Below are positions 63,065 through 64,000 of a stretch of 64,000 nt of DNA, piece after piece (positions within the stretch are counted from its first letter, which is position 1; each line of letters begins with the position of its first letter). Location of the stretch: the NCBI RefSeq assembly GCF_964355755.1, contig NC_092674.1, positions 19,406,001 to 19,470,000 on the forward strand. The letters run 5' to 3'. Below the pieces are notes generated by a model. It saw only the letters and a list, made by a program, of their open reading frames with translations, made no database searches and was not told the DNA's origin. Made by a program: the position numbers and the translations under genes. This DNA is from Antedon mediterranea (Eukaryota; Animalia; Echinodermata).

Positions 63065-64000
63065 AATACAAGTTATAGCTTGTGTTTATTTCAGCCCTTG
63101 ATCAATTCGCTCATGTGTGACTGATGCCTTTCTTTCAGGGATAGGATTAGTGGAGATTAGGCCTACTAGAGGTAGTACTTTCCTATATGAACATCCTTAA
63201 GCAATAACGACGTTACTTTTATCAAGGTCACATGTAAAGTTACTATAATTATTAATTATTATCTTAGTGAAATATGTCTAATAAGCAGTTATACTAAATT
63301 AAACCTGCAAAAGAAAAGCTTCATAGTTCCAATTGTTGTTTAAACTAACAACTGGAAGAAATAATAAATTACGGATATCCTGACTTTATGATAAATTCCA
63401 ATGGCGATAGAACAAAATGCATATTGTAGGCGTATATTTGCAGCTGGATTAATTAATGGACAAACATTAAAAAATAATTCGACTTTTACGCAGACACTGA
63501 TAACTACAGGACACTTCACAAATGAAAACCCCTTTAGAATTGTGAACCAAGGTTTCTAACGAATACGAATAGGCGTACATGAACTAACACGTCACCGTAT
63601 AGTAACTTGACAATGTCCATAACGCAAAAACTCAAAAGAAAGACAATAAAGAAAAAATAGACTATAATATGATTTAAAGATGCCCTGTCATGCATTAGGC
63701 CAAAAGATAAACACAATATTATAGGCCTATTGGGGGAACGAAAAACCAGAAGATAAACTAAAAATAATTGGCTTCAAAATGATAATATCAACTGAGCATT
63801 ATAAAAATGATACATCAATAAGTCACCAAGTGAATCCAAATTCAGACGTACAAGTGGTACATGTCTAAAACGTAAGATGTGTGCTTTAGAAAAACATCAT
63901 ATTAAATAGTAAAGAAATCGTTCCAACATAATTACGTAGGTCTTCTATACGAGTACTTAGTGTGGATTTTGGACAAACATACCTTCGTATACCCATGTCC

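Overview
AT-rich, intron-containing animal (invertebrate-like) genomic DNA; nothing here looks prokaryotic. Positions 1-27.3 kb are a hierarchical satellite (45, 92 and 128 bp units inside a ~10.5 kb macro-repeat). It is interrupted by an intact, very young Gmr1-type LTR retrotransposon (integrase before RT; 11558-19275) and a solo LTR. A second Gmr1-type element (27838-36777) carries two nested DNA transposons. Decayed L1/Tx1 and CR1 LINE pieces, an Academ-like MITE and a 5'-truncated RTE LINE follow. The right third holds two minus-strand spliced host genes that the ORF track misses: a small secreted EGF-domain gene and an alkaline ceramidase (ACER3-like, 8 well-supported exons). ACER3 intron 3 contains a decayed Gypsy element with non-canonical TA...TA LTR ends and no tRNA primer site. 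Instead it has a PBS complementary to its own LTR, a candidate for self-primed reverse transcription and the most novel-looking signal in the window. All coordinates and comparisons were made by eye.
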